Positions 11,779-24,390 are shown, counted from the first letter of the whole stretch. The stretch is 63,016 nucleotides of DNA, filler included, from Chiloscyllium plagiosum (GCF_004010195.1; 3 parts of one record of this genome joined end to end with filler, not necessarily neighbours in it), one strand, 5' to 3'. Made by a program: numbers and translations. Notes: generated by a model from the letters alone, not told the origin.

Positions 11779-13267
11779 TACAAATATTGAAATGCTGGTT
11801 TAAAATTTTACTCCCACTAACAACTTTACAGAAACTCAAAACCTCAGTGAAGACTACACCCATTCTAAAGTTCCATGTTCAGTTTGCAGACGTAGATAGA
11901 TTCCTTCTCGGGGAAAGTTCCGCATTCACATGCTGATATTTGTTTTAATTAACCTCCTTTCTTGAGACCCTTACATAAACTGTTACCTCAGCTCATTAAT
12001 TATTGAACAGGTGCAGGTAAACCCATCGCTTCAATAGTCTTCTGTTTCTGGAACTTTTACTGACTTTTAAATCGCTCAGGACTTCTTTTCAGTTCAGACC
12101 ATTTTGGGTACTGCTCAACTAATAATATTTGTATTGCTTTAAACAGTTCTCTCTGACTGAAACCCACATGCTAACTGTTTTTGGAAGTTTTTGTCTTTAG
12201 GTAACAATTGTATCATATCGTAACCACACTATCAGAGTGTTTTTCCTTCCATCTTTATTTCCAAATTCATGGAGTTGCCTGAAGGACTTAATCACCTCAT
12301 TAAAGTGCATTCAATCCAAAAAAATTGCACATAATCTATTACTACTCACAGAACTCAAAAAAATGAAACTACGGCACTCACTATAGAAATTAAACTTAAA
12401 GTTATGCATCGTTCCTCAACTTTATAACTAGAGCTTTCAAGCAATGATAATGTATTATGTGCATTTTTTACATTATTGATAAGAAAAAAAAATTAAAGTT
12501 GCAATGACCTCAATAGTCCAACACAGAAGGAGCTTATTTGGTATAAAAAGCTTTTTCTTCTTCATGGTGAAGCTATCAATAGTGGACAAGGTCAATTAAT
12601 TTCTTCCAATATGGTTTTGTATCTCATTTTCATAGAATTACTTAATGCAGAAAAGCGTGGCCTATTACATGAAGAGAGGGAGAAAAAATGTATAAAAACT
12701 GACAGTCTGAATTTGATTTGATAAATGCTGTAATCTATTTGAATTTTCAATCAACCAGCAAAAGGGGATTCTAAGTTCAATGGTCTAAATAAACATCATA
12801 CACTGCTGCATGTAATGTCTGCTTAATAAAGACAGTTGACTGCAATATTTGAGCAGTATTTGAGTAGATAGAACGTCTAATCATAAATAAAACTATCCTT
12901 TAACACCATGTTAGTCGGAGCTTGTTAAGTTGGACTATTCTATTAAAGGATCACAGTATTTATGAAAAGTTAATCATGCTATCTTCCTTTTCAGATGTTC
13001 ATTTTGACACTTCTAACATTTTCCATTGTAATTTTGTAGATTAAGGTCAAAATGAGACTAATGTCTTATTAACAATAATTATTATCCAGAAGTGCAAATT
13101 ATAGAATACTGTTGCAAAGTGAGCATGTTATCTTTTTGTTCTGAAATACTTTTTGTCAAAAACCAATAGAACAGCTAAGCATTTATTTTTGAGATGTCAT
13201 TCAGTATTGGCTTCATTAATGGTACGTAAGAGGTTAAATAATATCAGCAGGAATAAATCTGCGAACT

Positions 13268-13935
13268 AAGGTAGATAGGATAGTGAAGAAGACGTTTGGT
13301 GTGCTTACCTTTATTGGTCAGAGTATTGAGTATAGGAGTTGGGAGGTCAAGTTGCGCCTGTACAGGACATTGATTAGACCACTGTTGGAATATTGCATGC
13401 AATTCTGGTCTCCTTCCTATCGGAAGGATGTTGTGAAACTTGAAAGGGTTCAGGAAAGATTTACAAGGATGTTGCCAGGGTTGGAGGGTTTGAGCTATAG
13501 GGAGAGGCTGAACAGGCTGGGGCTGTTTTCCCTGGAGCATCGGAGACTGAGGTGTGACCTTATAGAGGTTTATCAAATTGTGAGAGGCATGGAGAGGGTA
13601 AAGAGACAAAGTCGTTTCCCTGGAGTGGGGGAGCCCAGAACTAGAGGGCATAGGTTTGGAGTGAGAGAGGAAAGATATAAAAGAGACCTAAGGGGCAACT
13701 TTTTCATGCAGAAGGTGGTGCATGTATGGAATGAGCTGCCAGAGGAAATGATGGAGGCTGGTACAATTACAACATTTAAAAGGCATCTGGATGGGTATAT
13801 GAATAGGAAGGGTTTAGAGGGATATGGGCTGGGTGCTGGCAAGTGGGACTAGATTACGTTAGAATATTTGGTTGGCATGGACAAGTTGGACTGAAGCTAT
13901 TTCTGTGCTGTACAGCTCTGTGACTCAATGACTCT
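13268..13935 (+). mobile_element. CR1 LINE 3' end (open 189-aa ORF2 C-terminus)
   Basis: ORF 13283-13852 is highly similar to 9881-10432. Confidence 0.95.
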
Positions 13936-14369
13936 GGTTGTGATGATCAGTTAATTGCTATTGTGCAGTTATTTCAGGTAGGTACCAACCTACTCCATTC
14001 AAAGACAAGTGTGCTATTGATTGGATCAGATTGGGGTGTAGTGGATCCTTTTTGGATTTAACAAAAATATTTAACTTGGCCCCATTTATAGTTTGGAGGA
14101 ATTTATCAGCCTGTTTGTTTGAAAAAAAAAACTGCCTGCACATCATCTTCCAGGTGAATTTGTCTGAAACTAATGTATGCTAATCACATGGTCAAAATTA
14201 ATATGGAAATAAAAAGATGTGTGATTTTAAATTAATTATAATACCTTAGTTTATAGATTGGACACACTATTTAATTAGCCATAGCTTAATAAGCTTAACC
14301 AATTCTATAAAAATGTCACATTATTGCAACCTTTATTTTCCTTTTTCCAGTTAATGCATTTGTTTTGAC

Positions 14370-15385
14370 AAAGTCAGAAGTCACACGACACCAGGTTGTA
14401 GTCCAACAGGTTTATTTGAAATCTCAAGCTTATGGAGCGCTGCCCCTTTGTGATGATTTGGAGATGCCGGTGTTGGACTGGGGTGTACAAAGTTAAAAAT
14501 CACACAACACCAGGTTATAGTCCAACAGGTTTAATTGGAAGCACACTAGCTTTTGGAGCACTGCTCCTTCATCAGGTGATTGTGGAGGGCTCAGTCCTAA
14601 CATAACATTTATAGCAAAGATTTGCAGTGTGATGTAACTGAAATTATACATTGAAAAATTGATTGTCTGTTAAGCCTTTCACCTGTTAGAATACAGTGAT
14701 AGTTTCACACATACACTTTCTCACACTCAACCCCCAACCCAGACAGACAGACACACACACAGACAGACAAAGACCCACATGCACACATATACTTTGTGGG
14801 GTGAATTTGTACTTTCAGGGTTACATTGTACTTTGCTCAAAAACTGCATACATTCATGTAGAACTCTGAGCTCAAAAACTGCATGAATTTATGTAAAACT
14901 CCGTTATCTCAGTTTTTAGATTAGAATCAATCTAAACATCATGGCATAGACAGAGAACACAGGGGGCCAACACCTTCAACATATTGTCTAGCTATCACCA
15001 TTGTTAACAGCTAACCCGAGAATGCAACCTTAAAAAAAAGGTTTTGTGATTTAGACGTGAAAGAAGTGAAACTATCACTGTATTCTAACAGATGAAAGGC
15101 TTAACAGACAATCAATTTTTCAATGTATAATTTCAGTTCCATCAAACTGTAAATTTTTGCTATAAATTCCGTGTTAGGATTGAGCCCTCCTGATGAAGGA
15201 GCGTCGCTCCGAAAGCTAGTGTGCTTCCAATTAAACCTGTTGGACTAATACCTGATGTTGTGTGATTTTTACCTTTGTGATGAAGGAACAATGCTCCAAA
15301 AGCTTGATTTCAAATAAACCAGTTGGACTATAACCTGGTGCTGTGTGACTTCTGACTTTGTCAACACCAGCGTCTCCATATCTTT
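14370..15385. mobile_element. Older fold-back PLE fragment with young PLE (14457-15271) inserted at its axis
   Basis: Outer arms 14370-14444 and 15284-15365 are inverted; perfect 12-bp TSD cctttgtgatga at 14445-14456 and 15272-15283; the inner element is itself inverted. Confidence 0.9.
15190..15218 (+). ncRNA. Minimal type-I hammerhead ribozyme motif (core intact)
   Basis: CTGATGAAGGAGCGTCGCTCCGAAAGCTA, identical to 8730-8758; the 5' strand of stem I is deleted here. Confidence 0.7.
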
Positions 15386-15529
15386 GCTTTGGGAGTTGAA
15401 TCTGTATTTGTTTTGACCGGTGAAACCTAAATGCACAATCCAGCACATTGTTATTGAAGATGAGAAAGAGATCATAGATACATAGGTTCTCTACTTACAT
15501 GTCAGGTCTGCAATAAAAATTGTCACAAA

Positions 15530-15676
15530 CATCATTATTGCAGATCTGTTTGTGAGCACTTTCTGTGAGCAAACTAACTGCCACATTTCATGTCTTGCAC
15601 TTCAGAAGTAATTGGCTCTGATGTAGTTTGGAATGTCCTGAGGTAATGAGAGGTGCTATATAAATGTAAGCTTTTC
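15530..15676 (+). mobile_element. DeuSINE (SacSINE1-like) 3' fragment
   Basis: ctgtttgtgag...cacttcagaagtaattggct...gtcctgaggt...aggtgctatataaatgtaag resembles the Deu domain and tail. Confidence 0.65.
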
Positions 15677-15944
15677 TATTTGCAGCACATAAAGAGAATG
15701 AATAATTGCTGCAGTTTGTGAATCCTATACTCATTCGATTAAGATAGAATTGGTGAGAGGTGTAAATCAATAATAATACCCTCTACATAGTTAAAACTGT
15801 GACAGATTAGGTACTCTGGTCAAATCATAACAGACAAAGCAAAGTTGTTTGTGCAAGTGCCAACATCATTACTTAGTTTACTCAGATTGGCACGTCTACA
15901 GTGAAACAGACTTCTGATCAGAAAGACTGATTAGCAGCCATTAC

Positions 15945-16550
15945 ACTTTTTTATATTCATGCATGGTATCAGGGTGTTGCTGGCAAGGCCAGCGTTTGTG
16001 CAAGATCCTTAATTTCCACCGAGAAACAGATGGTGAACTATCTTCTTGAACTGCTGCGCTCTTTCTGGTGTTGGTGGGCTCACGGTAACGTTGGGAAAGG
16101 GGTTCCAGGTTTATGATCCAGTAACACTGAAGGAACAAGGAGACAGTTCCAAGTCAAGATTGTGTGACTTGGAGAGGAATTTAGAAGTGGTGACGCTCCC
16201 ACCAGTCTGCTGCCCTTGTTCATCGAGTAAGCAGAAGTTGGAGATTTGGAAGGTGCTGCTGAGCTGTAACAGTGCATCTTGTATATGCTATAGACAGCCA
16301 CAGTGCATCAGTGGCAGAAAGAGTGAATATTTAATGTGGAGGATAAGTTGTTAATTAAGTAAAAATACCTAAAGAACTGCATACGCTGGAAATCAGAAAC
16401 CAAAACAGAAATTGCCAGAAAAACTCAGCTGATCTGGCAGGATCTGTGAAGTCAAATCAAAGTTAACATTTCAGGTCCTTCTTCAGATTGATTAAGCAGG
16501 CTAGTTTAGCCTTGGTGGTGTTGAGTCTCTTGAGTGTTAGTGGAGGTTTG
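15945..16550 (-). mobile_element. Old CR1/L2-group LINE 3' fragment with PLE-terminal insert (16360-16490)
   Basis: Same family as 43620-44090(-) and 40100-40660(+). Confidence 0.65.
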
Positions 16551-16561
16551 TTCTCTGCCTG

Positions 16562-17175
16562 TGTGACAATACTGTCCCTTTAATAAGGTTGTGTTGTATT
16601 TGATTTATTTCAGAAGTGTTTTATGAGACACAGGTTCCAACATGTCTGGGTTGAGGAAGTTTTTAAGCTTTTTTTTTAACAAAAGACACTTGTACAAGGA
16701 AAGGGGAGTGGTCAGTTATCCCAGCTCAGATTTCTTTCTCGGGTTTGGTTTAGTTTGCTTTAGTTTTAGCAGTCTGGTTGTTCAGAGCAAACAGTTTTTG
16801 AGGTGGCTGGGCAAAGAAACAGCTCCATGCTAATCTTCCCTCTCTCTGACATCTCTCCCATGAGACCCTGTGTTTGATTGTACCTTTTTTGCCAAGGGGT
16901 GTTTATGGGGATCGTTGCAGGGATTTAGAACAGCATCAATAAATTGGGATAATCTGTTGGGTTTTTGGATAAATTAAGTTAATCTGCATTCTGTTCTCTT
17001 TTATTTGTGTTTAATTCAGTAATCTTGTGGATAACTTCTGTTTTTGTTTGAAACTAATTGGTTGGGCCAGGTGCATCACTACTCAAATATCCACTCTAAA
17101 CCTGCTTAAAACAATTCACAAAGGTAGGGTCTGGACTACTTTCTTGAAATGTTTTGAGGGGGTCTGGTCTGGTCT
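16562..17175. mobile_element. Probable solo LTR
   Basis: Starts tgtgacaatactgtccctttaa; the end ggggtctggtctggtc resembles the reverse complement of the start of 33899-34513. Confidence 0.55.
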
Positions 17176-18544
17176 TGTGCCTTGGAAATTGTGTAGGAAC
17201 ACCAGGCAACTTAAGAATTAAATCACTTATCAAAGAATTCCAAGTCTTTGACCTGCTCTTGTGGATCTCCCATTTATATGACAAGTCCAGTTTGGTTTCT
17301 GGTCAATGTAATCCAAAGGATGTTAACTGTGGGAGATTTGACAATAGTAATGCAATTGAACATCAACACTCCTGATCAGCTCATGATTGGTCTATTGGCT
17401 TGAAGGTTGTGGTTAAATGAAGGATAAACTTGGTTATTGGGCTAAACACTGTTTGAATAAAATTCTGTTGATGATAATCGCACTGTGATTAATGGATATT
17501 CAGTTGCAAGCTGTTAGATCTGTTCCTTGAAATCCCATTTCACAGTGTGATCATGTCACTCAATGAGATCGGCTGTATCTTTAGTATGAAGCTAAGGCTT
17601 TTTCACCAACTGCACTGTATGGTGGTCACTCTTACTAATTCTGTCAACAACAGATGCACCTATAACATGGAGATTGGCAGAGGCTCCCGGCCAAGTACTT
17701 TATTCTGTTTTGTTGATTGTATACATTGAAACTCGCTCCAGTATACATCAGAAAAATATGATGGGGCTAGGATGGAATTTATTTTTACATTTAACTTAAG
17801 AAATTGAGAACCAAAGAATGTTGCATTACACTTTTAGAAAAGGAAGATTTTGATGTTTAAAATATTGCTTTATGCACATGTGTATTGTTCACAGACAATT
17901 CAGCAAGATATGACACATTATTGACTGGAGAAAATGATATATCTTCATGTGTTGGGACAAGATTTTAATATTTTGTAAATTGAAATTGCAACAGAAAACT
18001 AGAAAATTGCATTGACTAGATACTATTGATGTTAGCAGCTTGTAGTTTAACAACAGAACAGAAGTTTTCCCTTTTTAATTTTAACACAATCAGAAGTCTC
18101 AATTAATGATTATACTTTATACTGTACCTTACGGCAAAATTCAGTTCTCCCAGAATTAGTCCAAAATGAATCTCTCCTTCTAAGGGTTGACTTCAGTTCG
18201 TCTCCTTTGCCAGCTGGTCATGCTTAATCTCAGGTCAAGGTCAAATATTTTCCTTGAGATCTTCCATCTTGCTCAAGTGAAGGGAATCTCCCAGTCTCAT
18301 TCTCAATCATCACAAGGTCATTATTTTCCTTTGAAGCAAGACGTCCTATACCCACTCCTGCACAACAAATGCTCAGCTATCTATTTATACCCTCTCTCTC
18401 TGTCTGTGATCTTGACAGTCCAGCCTTGTCTTTGAGTTTCAGTGATGTCTCTTTGAAAGCCTGGAATCTGATCCTACAAGTTGCTCTTTAGGTATTCTTT
18501 CCATCTTAAGCTCATGTCCATAGCAATATGAATCGCATGGGCCT

Positions 18545-19015
18545 TATATCCATGTTCTGGATCAGTGGTGCTGGAAGAGCACAGCAATTCAGGCAGCATC
18601 TGAAGACAGGCAAAATCGATGTTTCGGGCAAAAGCCCTTCATCAGGAATAAAGGCAGAGAGCCTGAAGCGTGGAGAGATAAGCTAGAGGAGGGTGGGGGT
18701 GGGGAGAGAGTGGCATAGAGTACAATAGGTCAGTGGGGAAGGAGATGAAGGTGATAGGTCAGGGAGGAGAGGGTGGAGTGGATAGGTGGAAAAGGAGCTG
18801 GGCAGGTCGGACAAGTCCGGACAGGTCAGGGGATCGAGTTGCTGGAGGTTAGAAGCTAGGATGAGGTGGGGGAAGGGGAAATGAGGAAACTGTTAAAATC
18901 CACATTGATGCCCTGGGGTTGAAGTGTTCCGAGGCAGAAGATGAGGCGTTCTTCCTCCAGGCATCTGGTGGTGAGGGAGCGGCGGTGAAGGAGGCCCAGG
19001 ACCTCCATGTCCATG
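18545..19015 (-). mobile_element. Young PLE 3' end with GIY-YIG C-terminus and HHR
   Basis: Minus strand reads MEVLGLLHRRSLTTRCLEEERLIFCLGTLQPQGINVDFNSF; HHR ctgatgaagggcttttgcccgaaacatc at 18618-18645(-). Confidence 0.9.
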
Positions 19016-19115
19016 NNNNNNNNNNNNNNNNNNNNNNNNNNNNNNNNNNNNNNNNNNNNTTAATTAATTAANNNNNNNNNNNNNNNNNNNNNNNNNNNNN
19101 NNNNNNNNNNNNNNN
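19016..19115. other. Assembly gap with synthetic six-frame stop linker
   Basis: N44-TTAATTAATTAA-N44, exactly 100 nt; identical structure at 46879-46978. Confidence 0.95.
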
Positions 19116-19585
19116 GGTTCGTTGCACAATACCAGATCCAGAATTGCCTTCTCCCTGGTAGGCTCCAGTACCAGCTGTTCTAAGAATCCATCTCTGAGGC
19201 ACTCCACAAAGTCTCTTTCTTGAGGTCCAATACCATCCTGATTCTCCCAGTCTACCTGCATGTTGAAATCCCCCATAACAACTGTAGTAACATCTTTGCG
19301 ACAGGCCAATTTCAGCTCCTGATTCAACTTACATCCGACATACAGACTACTGTTTGGGGGTCTGTAGATAACTCCCAAGAGGGTATTTTTACCCTTAGAA
19401 TTTCTCAGCTCTATCCATATTGACTCTATATCTCCTGATTATAGGTCCCCCCACGCAAGGGACTGAATATCATCCCTTACCAACATGGCCACCCCACCCC
19501 CTCTGCCCATCAGTCTGTCCTTACGATGGCACGTGTAGCCTTGAATATTCATTTCCCAGACCCTGTCCACTTGAAACCACATCTC
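19116..19585 (-). mobile_element. CR1 LINE ORF2 apurinic-type endonuclease fragment
   Basis: GVIYRPPNS..VVMGDFN..QLVLEPTREKAILDLVLCNE (APE/EEP motifs). Confidence 0.92.
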
Positions 19586-22062
19586 AGTTCATTTCTTTTG
19601 CCCTCTAACTAATGTCTAACTTTCATTCTGCTTCACCTGACTGTCCCCCTTTTCTTTAGCAGCATAATATCCACCACATTTATACCTCTCCTTAGTTCCA
19701 AAGAAGAGTCTTATCAATTCAGAATATAAATCGTCTTTCTGTCTCCACTGATACTACCGACCTTTTGGATTTTTACAGTACTTTCTATTTTTATTCCTGA
19801 TCCCTGTCATCCATAACACTTTGCCTTTAATTGCATTAATATGTAGGTTTTCTCAGTAGGACTGGGACATTTACTTTGTCAAATCAGTTTGTAAACTATG
19901 CAATTCATCATGTGCAATATTCATCCATATGGACTGTGGCTATGTCTGATGGAACATTCCGCAAATATACACTTTATATCACCATTCAAACTACAATTTA
20001 CTTCAATTTCAGGGTTTTTGATTGATGTGCAGATACATCAATGTTTCTGTAAAGAACAGACTGTAATTAATTCTTGAGACTGTGTTTCTTTTAATGAAAC
20101 TGCCAGTTCCCACAGTAACAGAACTGGGGAAAAGACTTTCAATCATCCTCTTTGCGAGGGGAAGGTTTTGTGATTGTCTTGTATCATCTGAGGAGGTGTC
20201 ATGTTCAGATTTTTCTTGTATTTTACCCCCACCATTCCAGTGTGACAAGTCGATCTCCCCTGGCAACCGCCCTCTGTTTCCAAAATGAAACTGACTTTGC
20301 AGTGCCAATTAGTGCTGACTTATGAGTACCATCAAGATTTTTGTAATTGCCAAGTCACCTAAATGAAGGTCCCTCTAATTAGAAGAAAAGTTGTTTGTAG
20401 TTAAAGAGAATGAGTTGACACTAAACCAAGAAAGTTTTCTTGAACTGCTCATTTTGCTGTAACATTTTGTTCCTCATTTCACAAAATGGATTTGGCAAAA
20501 ATGAGCTAGTCTGTTCAGCAATTACCTTATTGGACCGGATCTAAGATAGAGAACATCATCATCAGAAGAAGACGCTTTTACAAGTAGCAATGAAAAATAT
20601 AGTGAAGGAAGAACCATGAAAACATTTCAGCTGAGGCAAAAAAGATCGTTTTCTTACTTCAAGGAAGCGTCACGATGTAGCCAGCGTTACTTGCTGTGCT
20701 TTCTGATCAAAACTGACAGCATATTGCATTCATAATTATTTAGGAATAATAAAAAACAGGCTAACTTCTACAAGTGAAGAAGTCTTTTGATCACGTTATG
20801 CTGGAAAGAACTGCAGCCAAGTTCATAGCCTTGCAGTTTTGAGGATGAAGACTGCTGGATAAATTTATTAAACTTGCATTCACATGCTAGTGTCTGTAAA
20901 ATACAATACTCTTAAGTCCTCGAAACAAACTCCTTGGTTATGGAGTTTATATCAATTCCCTGTCGTCCTATCAGCTCCATTGATCTCAGATAACTTGTCC
21001 AACCAGAATTAATCTGAATTCTTCATCATTTAAATGCTCCATCCTTCTGAATCATGTATCCTCTATGCCCTATGGTTCAGATTTTGCAGACAAAGCATTA
21101 GCGCCTGCCATTGAACTCAAACAAAGCTGCCCATAAAGACCTAGCAAACCTTATGGTGCAATCTCTTCTTTCTTGACAGCGATTGGAATCTAACACAAAG
21201 AGAGGAATTTGATCAGTGTTTTTACTGCTGGGGGAGGGAGACAGTGGTGGTGGGGGTGGTGGGGGGTGCCTTGTGACTTTCATCAGCTGACCTAACTGCC
21301 CACCCCTAACCTGTCAGGGGTTTTACATGATTTTAGGTGATGCCTAGGATCTGCACTCTTCCCAGTTGCAGCTCCCATTGGCTGTTTCATAACTGTTTGC
21401 AATTTTGAGGTGAACAGAAGGAGTTATGGTTTGGACCCAGGTGTTGGAGTCGGAGGCAGGGGGTGTGGGGGGTGGGGGGAGGTGGGGTGGGGGGGAGTGG
21501 GGAAGGGGCATTGAGTAGAAACTTCAATCTACTTGGGAAAGGGGAGGGATGCTTTCACCACTGGCCCCTTTACAGAATGGCGTCTCCTCCCTTCCCATCT
21601 GCACCCCCCTTGCCTGCTTACCCCTAATCACTGCCAAATTCATCCTGCCCTCACTGACCTTTCAAACATATCCCTCATACCGAAATCACTCCTCCCCCAC
21701 CCCAATAACCTGAACCTATTTACCTTTTTTCCTGAGGCTCTGTGAGGTTCACGGAGCTCCTTAAGGTGTTAGGGTTGGCAGCCACTTCCTGTGGCATTGC
21801 CGGAAATTCCCAGGCAATCCAATTGGCTACTTTCAGACAGAATTTCCTCCCTCCACCCAGTTCATGATCCACTGAATAATGACATCAGCTGGGCTGCATT
21901 CTCTTGTGGCACAGCGGTAAAGTTCATGCACTTGGATCAGGTGACTGAGGCTCAACTCCCACCTGCTCCAGAAACATACAATAGTGTGTTTAAGTTGATT
22001 GGTTTGGGCAAAACAGGTTCAGTGCAATTTTTTTGTAAAGAAAAATGTACAATTGTTCAGCA

Positions 22063-22280
22063 GGGGTCCTCTTGGTGGCAGAGTCATTACCTTTGGTTTG
22101 GGAGACCTGGGCTCAATTCCAGATGTGCAATAGCATCTCAATTCGGAAAAATAATGTTATTTTAAAAATGCAGTGGCCCAGTGGTAGTGTCCCTACCCCT
22201 GGGCTGAGATGCTCAGATCCAAGTCCCATCTGCTTCAGGGGTGTGCAATAGCATCCCTGAAGAGGCTGATCAGAAAGTCT
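22063..22280 (+). mobile_element. Two tandem short tRNA-derived SINE copies
   Basis: Each has A-box/B-box-like motifs and gtgcaatagcatc; same family as 52070-54050. Confidence 0.55.
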
Positions 22281-23264
22281 TTTAAATATAATTGTTTCTA
22301 AAATTACAATGGCAGGGCAGGCAGTGCTACCATCCACAACATTCTGTCACACATCAGCAAGCCCCCAAACAGCAGCTCAGATGTCAAAAAAGCAATCCAA
22401 TCAGCATTGTGCACCCCTCAGCGGCAAATCAGGAAGTGAAGAGCACTGCTTATCGTTTATCAAATTAAATTATTCTGATTAGTTTAAGGTAGAAGGCAAA
22501 ATAAATACAGACAAACCTTATAGCAAAATTAAAATATTTGGATTTTTTTATCATGTAAAATTTGATATGCCACAAATATAAAATGAGTTCATCATTTCTA
22601 CTGAGAGTTATTAGCAGAAATTTTTAATTAGCATGTTATTAAAAACATACACCTCATTCAATAAGGTAGCAAATTTTCAAGCATTCTTAGAATGAAAGCA
22701 ATAGATTTCACATTGATTGAAGTCTGAAGAAATCCATCTGGTCACTGCAGAGAACTACAGAATCACTGGCAGCATCTTTTAGAGATCAGCTTTATACTAT
22801 ACAAGTACAGCCTGAAGTTATTGTCAGTTTCAGTGGAGTGATGAATACAAAGGGTGACAATTGAGCTACCGTAATTGTTGCATCAAGACCTATTCTTCCG
22901 TAAAATAAAGAGTCCAATTCTTAAAACCTACCTTGCTATTTTAAATCCCCATGAATGAATCGCCATACATTAACAATCTGTTCTTTAACCTCAGTTCCCT
23001 TCAATGACCTAAAGTGTGCACAATGCTCCAACTGCTGACTCTGCAAGGAAAGTTTAGTTTTTAATTTTATTTTTGCCTAAGATGCCTTGACTAATTTACT
23101 TGACTCTCGGTTCGAGAGGCTGAGGATAATCAATTGGAAAACATTGGCTTCTGTTAATACTTGCTGAAATTCAGTATTCGGCAGCGTTCTTGTTTTCATT
23201 GACAGTTTTATTAAGCTAATTTGGAAGGAAGCTAACGCAGCCAATCCAGCTGAACTCAAGAGAG

Positions 23265-23665
23265 TAAGAAACAAAAACAGAAAGAGTTGGAGAAACTCAG
23301 CAGGTCTGGCAGAGCCTTCTGAAGAGTCATTCAACTTGACATAGTAATTCTGCTTTACAGATATTAGTCGATAAGTTTGGTGCTGGAAAAGCACAGTTCA
23401 GACAGCATCCGAGGAGCAAGAGAATTGACGTTTCAGGCATAAGGTCTGCATCAGGAATGTGGAGGGAAGGGGGAAGTGGGCTGAGATAAATAGGAGGGTG
23501 GGGCTGGGAGGAAGGTAACTGGGAAGGCGATATGTAGATGTAGGTGGGGGGTGATGGTGATCGGTCAGAGGGGAAGTTGGAGCAGACAGGTGGGAAGGAA
23601 GATGTTGTCAGGCCTGCTGAGTTTCTCCAGCTATTTCTGTTTTAATTTCTGATTTCCAGCAGTTC
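23265..23665. mobile_element. Cluster of PLE terminal fragments
   Basis: aaacagaaag..ggagaaactcagcaggtctggcag and its inverse at 23610-23660 enclose a ctggaaaagcacag..gacgtttcaggc copy. Confidence 0.7.
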
Positions 23666-24084
23666 TTCTTTTTGATAAGAGAATAAAGAACTTCCCCCAA
23701 GCAGCCTGCACTAGAGGAAAATTATCTGTATAATAGAGAATGATGAGATAGGAGAAGGGAGGTCATTATGATGATCAATTCTCCACTCTCTGAGACATCT
23801 TAAAAGATACAGTAAAACCTTACTAATTGAATTTGTACATCCTGGGTGGTTCCTCAAAAATCTCCACTAAAGGGTTAATAACCTGTCGACCCCATGAGGG
23901 AAATCATACCAAGATCTGTACTGCAGTCATAACTATTCACTATTCATTGTTAATTCTGATGATGGGCTAGAAGGCCACATCATTCTTACAGCTATAGGTT
24001 TGAGGAGCACTTTATGGGCAACCTTTTCCACCCTACGAGTGAGGGCAACATGCCAGAGACTACATAGCAAAGTGCTTGGACGAT

Positions 24085-24390
24085 GTGGAGAAAGTGAGGA
24101 CTGCAGATGCTGGAGAGTCAGAAAGTCAAAATGTGTGGTGCTGGAAAAGCACAGCAAGTCAGGCAGCATCCGAGGAGCAGGAGAGTCGACGTTTCTGGCA
24201 AAAGCCTTTAATCAGGATGATCTGCCAAACAAAGCTGAATCCCTGGAGGTGCGTGGAAATTGGGAGAAGTGGCTAGGTGGTAAATTGACTTCACCTGAGG
24301 AAGGCGCTATGTTCTGAAAGTTCAAATATAACCTGGTGTCGTGTAACCTCTGACTTTGTCCACCCTGGTCCAAAATCAGCACTTCCCTAT
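24085..24390. mobile_element. PLE terminal fragments (two families) with degenerate HHRs
   Basis: gagaaagtgaggactgcagatgctgg head at 24088; cctgaggaaggcgctatgttctgaaag at 24294. Confidence 0.7.

Larger units (their letters stand above)
11340..12428. mobile_element. Probable solo LTR
   Basis: Starts tgttctgatcccagcta, ends ...ttataac; the start matches the reverse complement of the end of 39273-40097; non-coding. Confidence 0.5.

Noticed and set aside
5340..15385. Recurring near-identical motifs as a CRISPR-like array
   Set aside because: Dispersed, mixed-orientation PLE copies without regular spacers in eukaryotic DNA.
22932..23040. FIHGDLK kinase catalytic-loop-like peptide on the minus strand
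   Set aside because: Stop codon immediately after K, and no other kinase subdomains.
23082..23263. Exon-like frame with in-frame TGC-TGA (possible selenocysteine)
   Set aside because: Weak AAG acceptor, donor borders a repeat, no recognisable selenoprotein similarity or SECIS.
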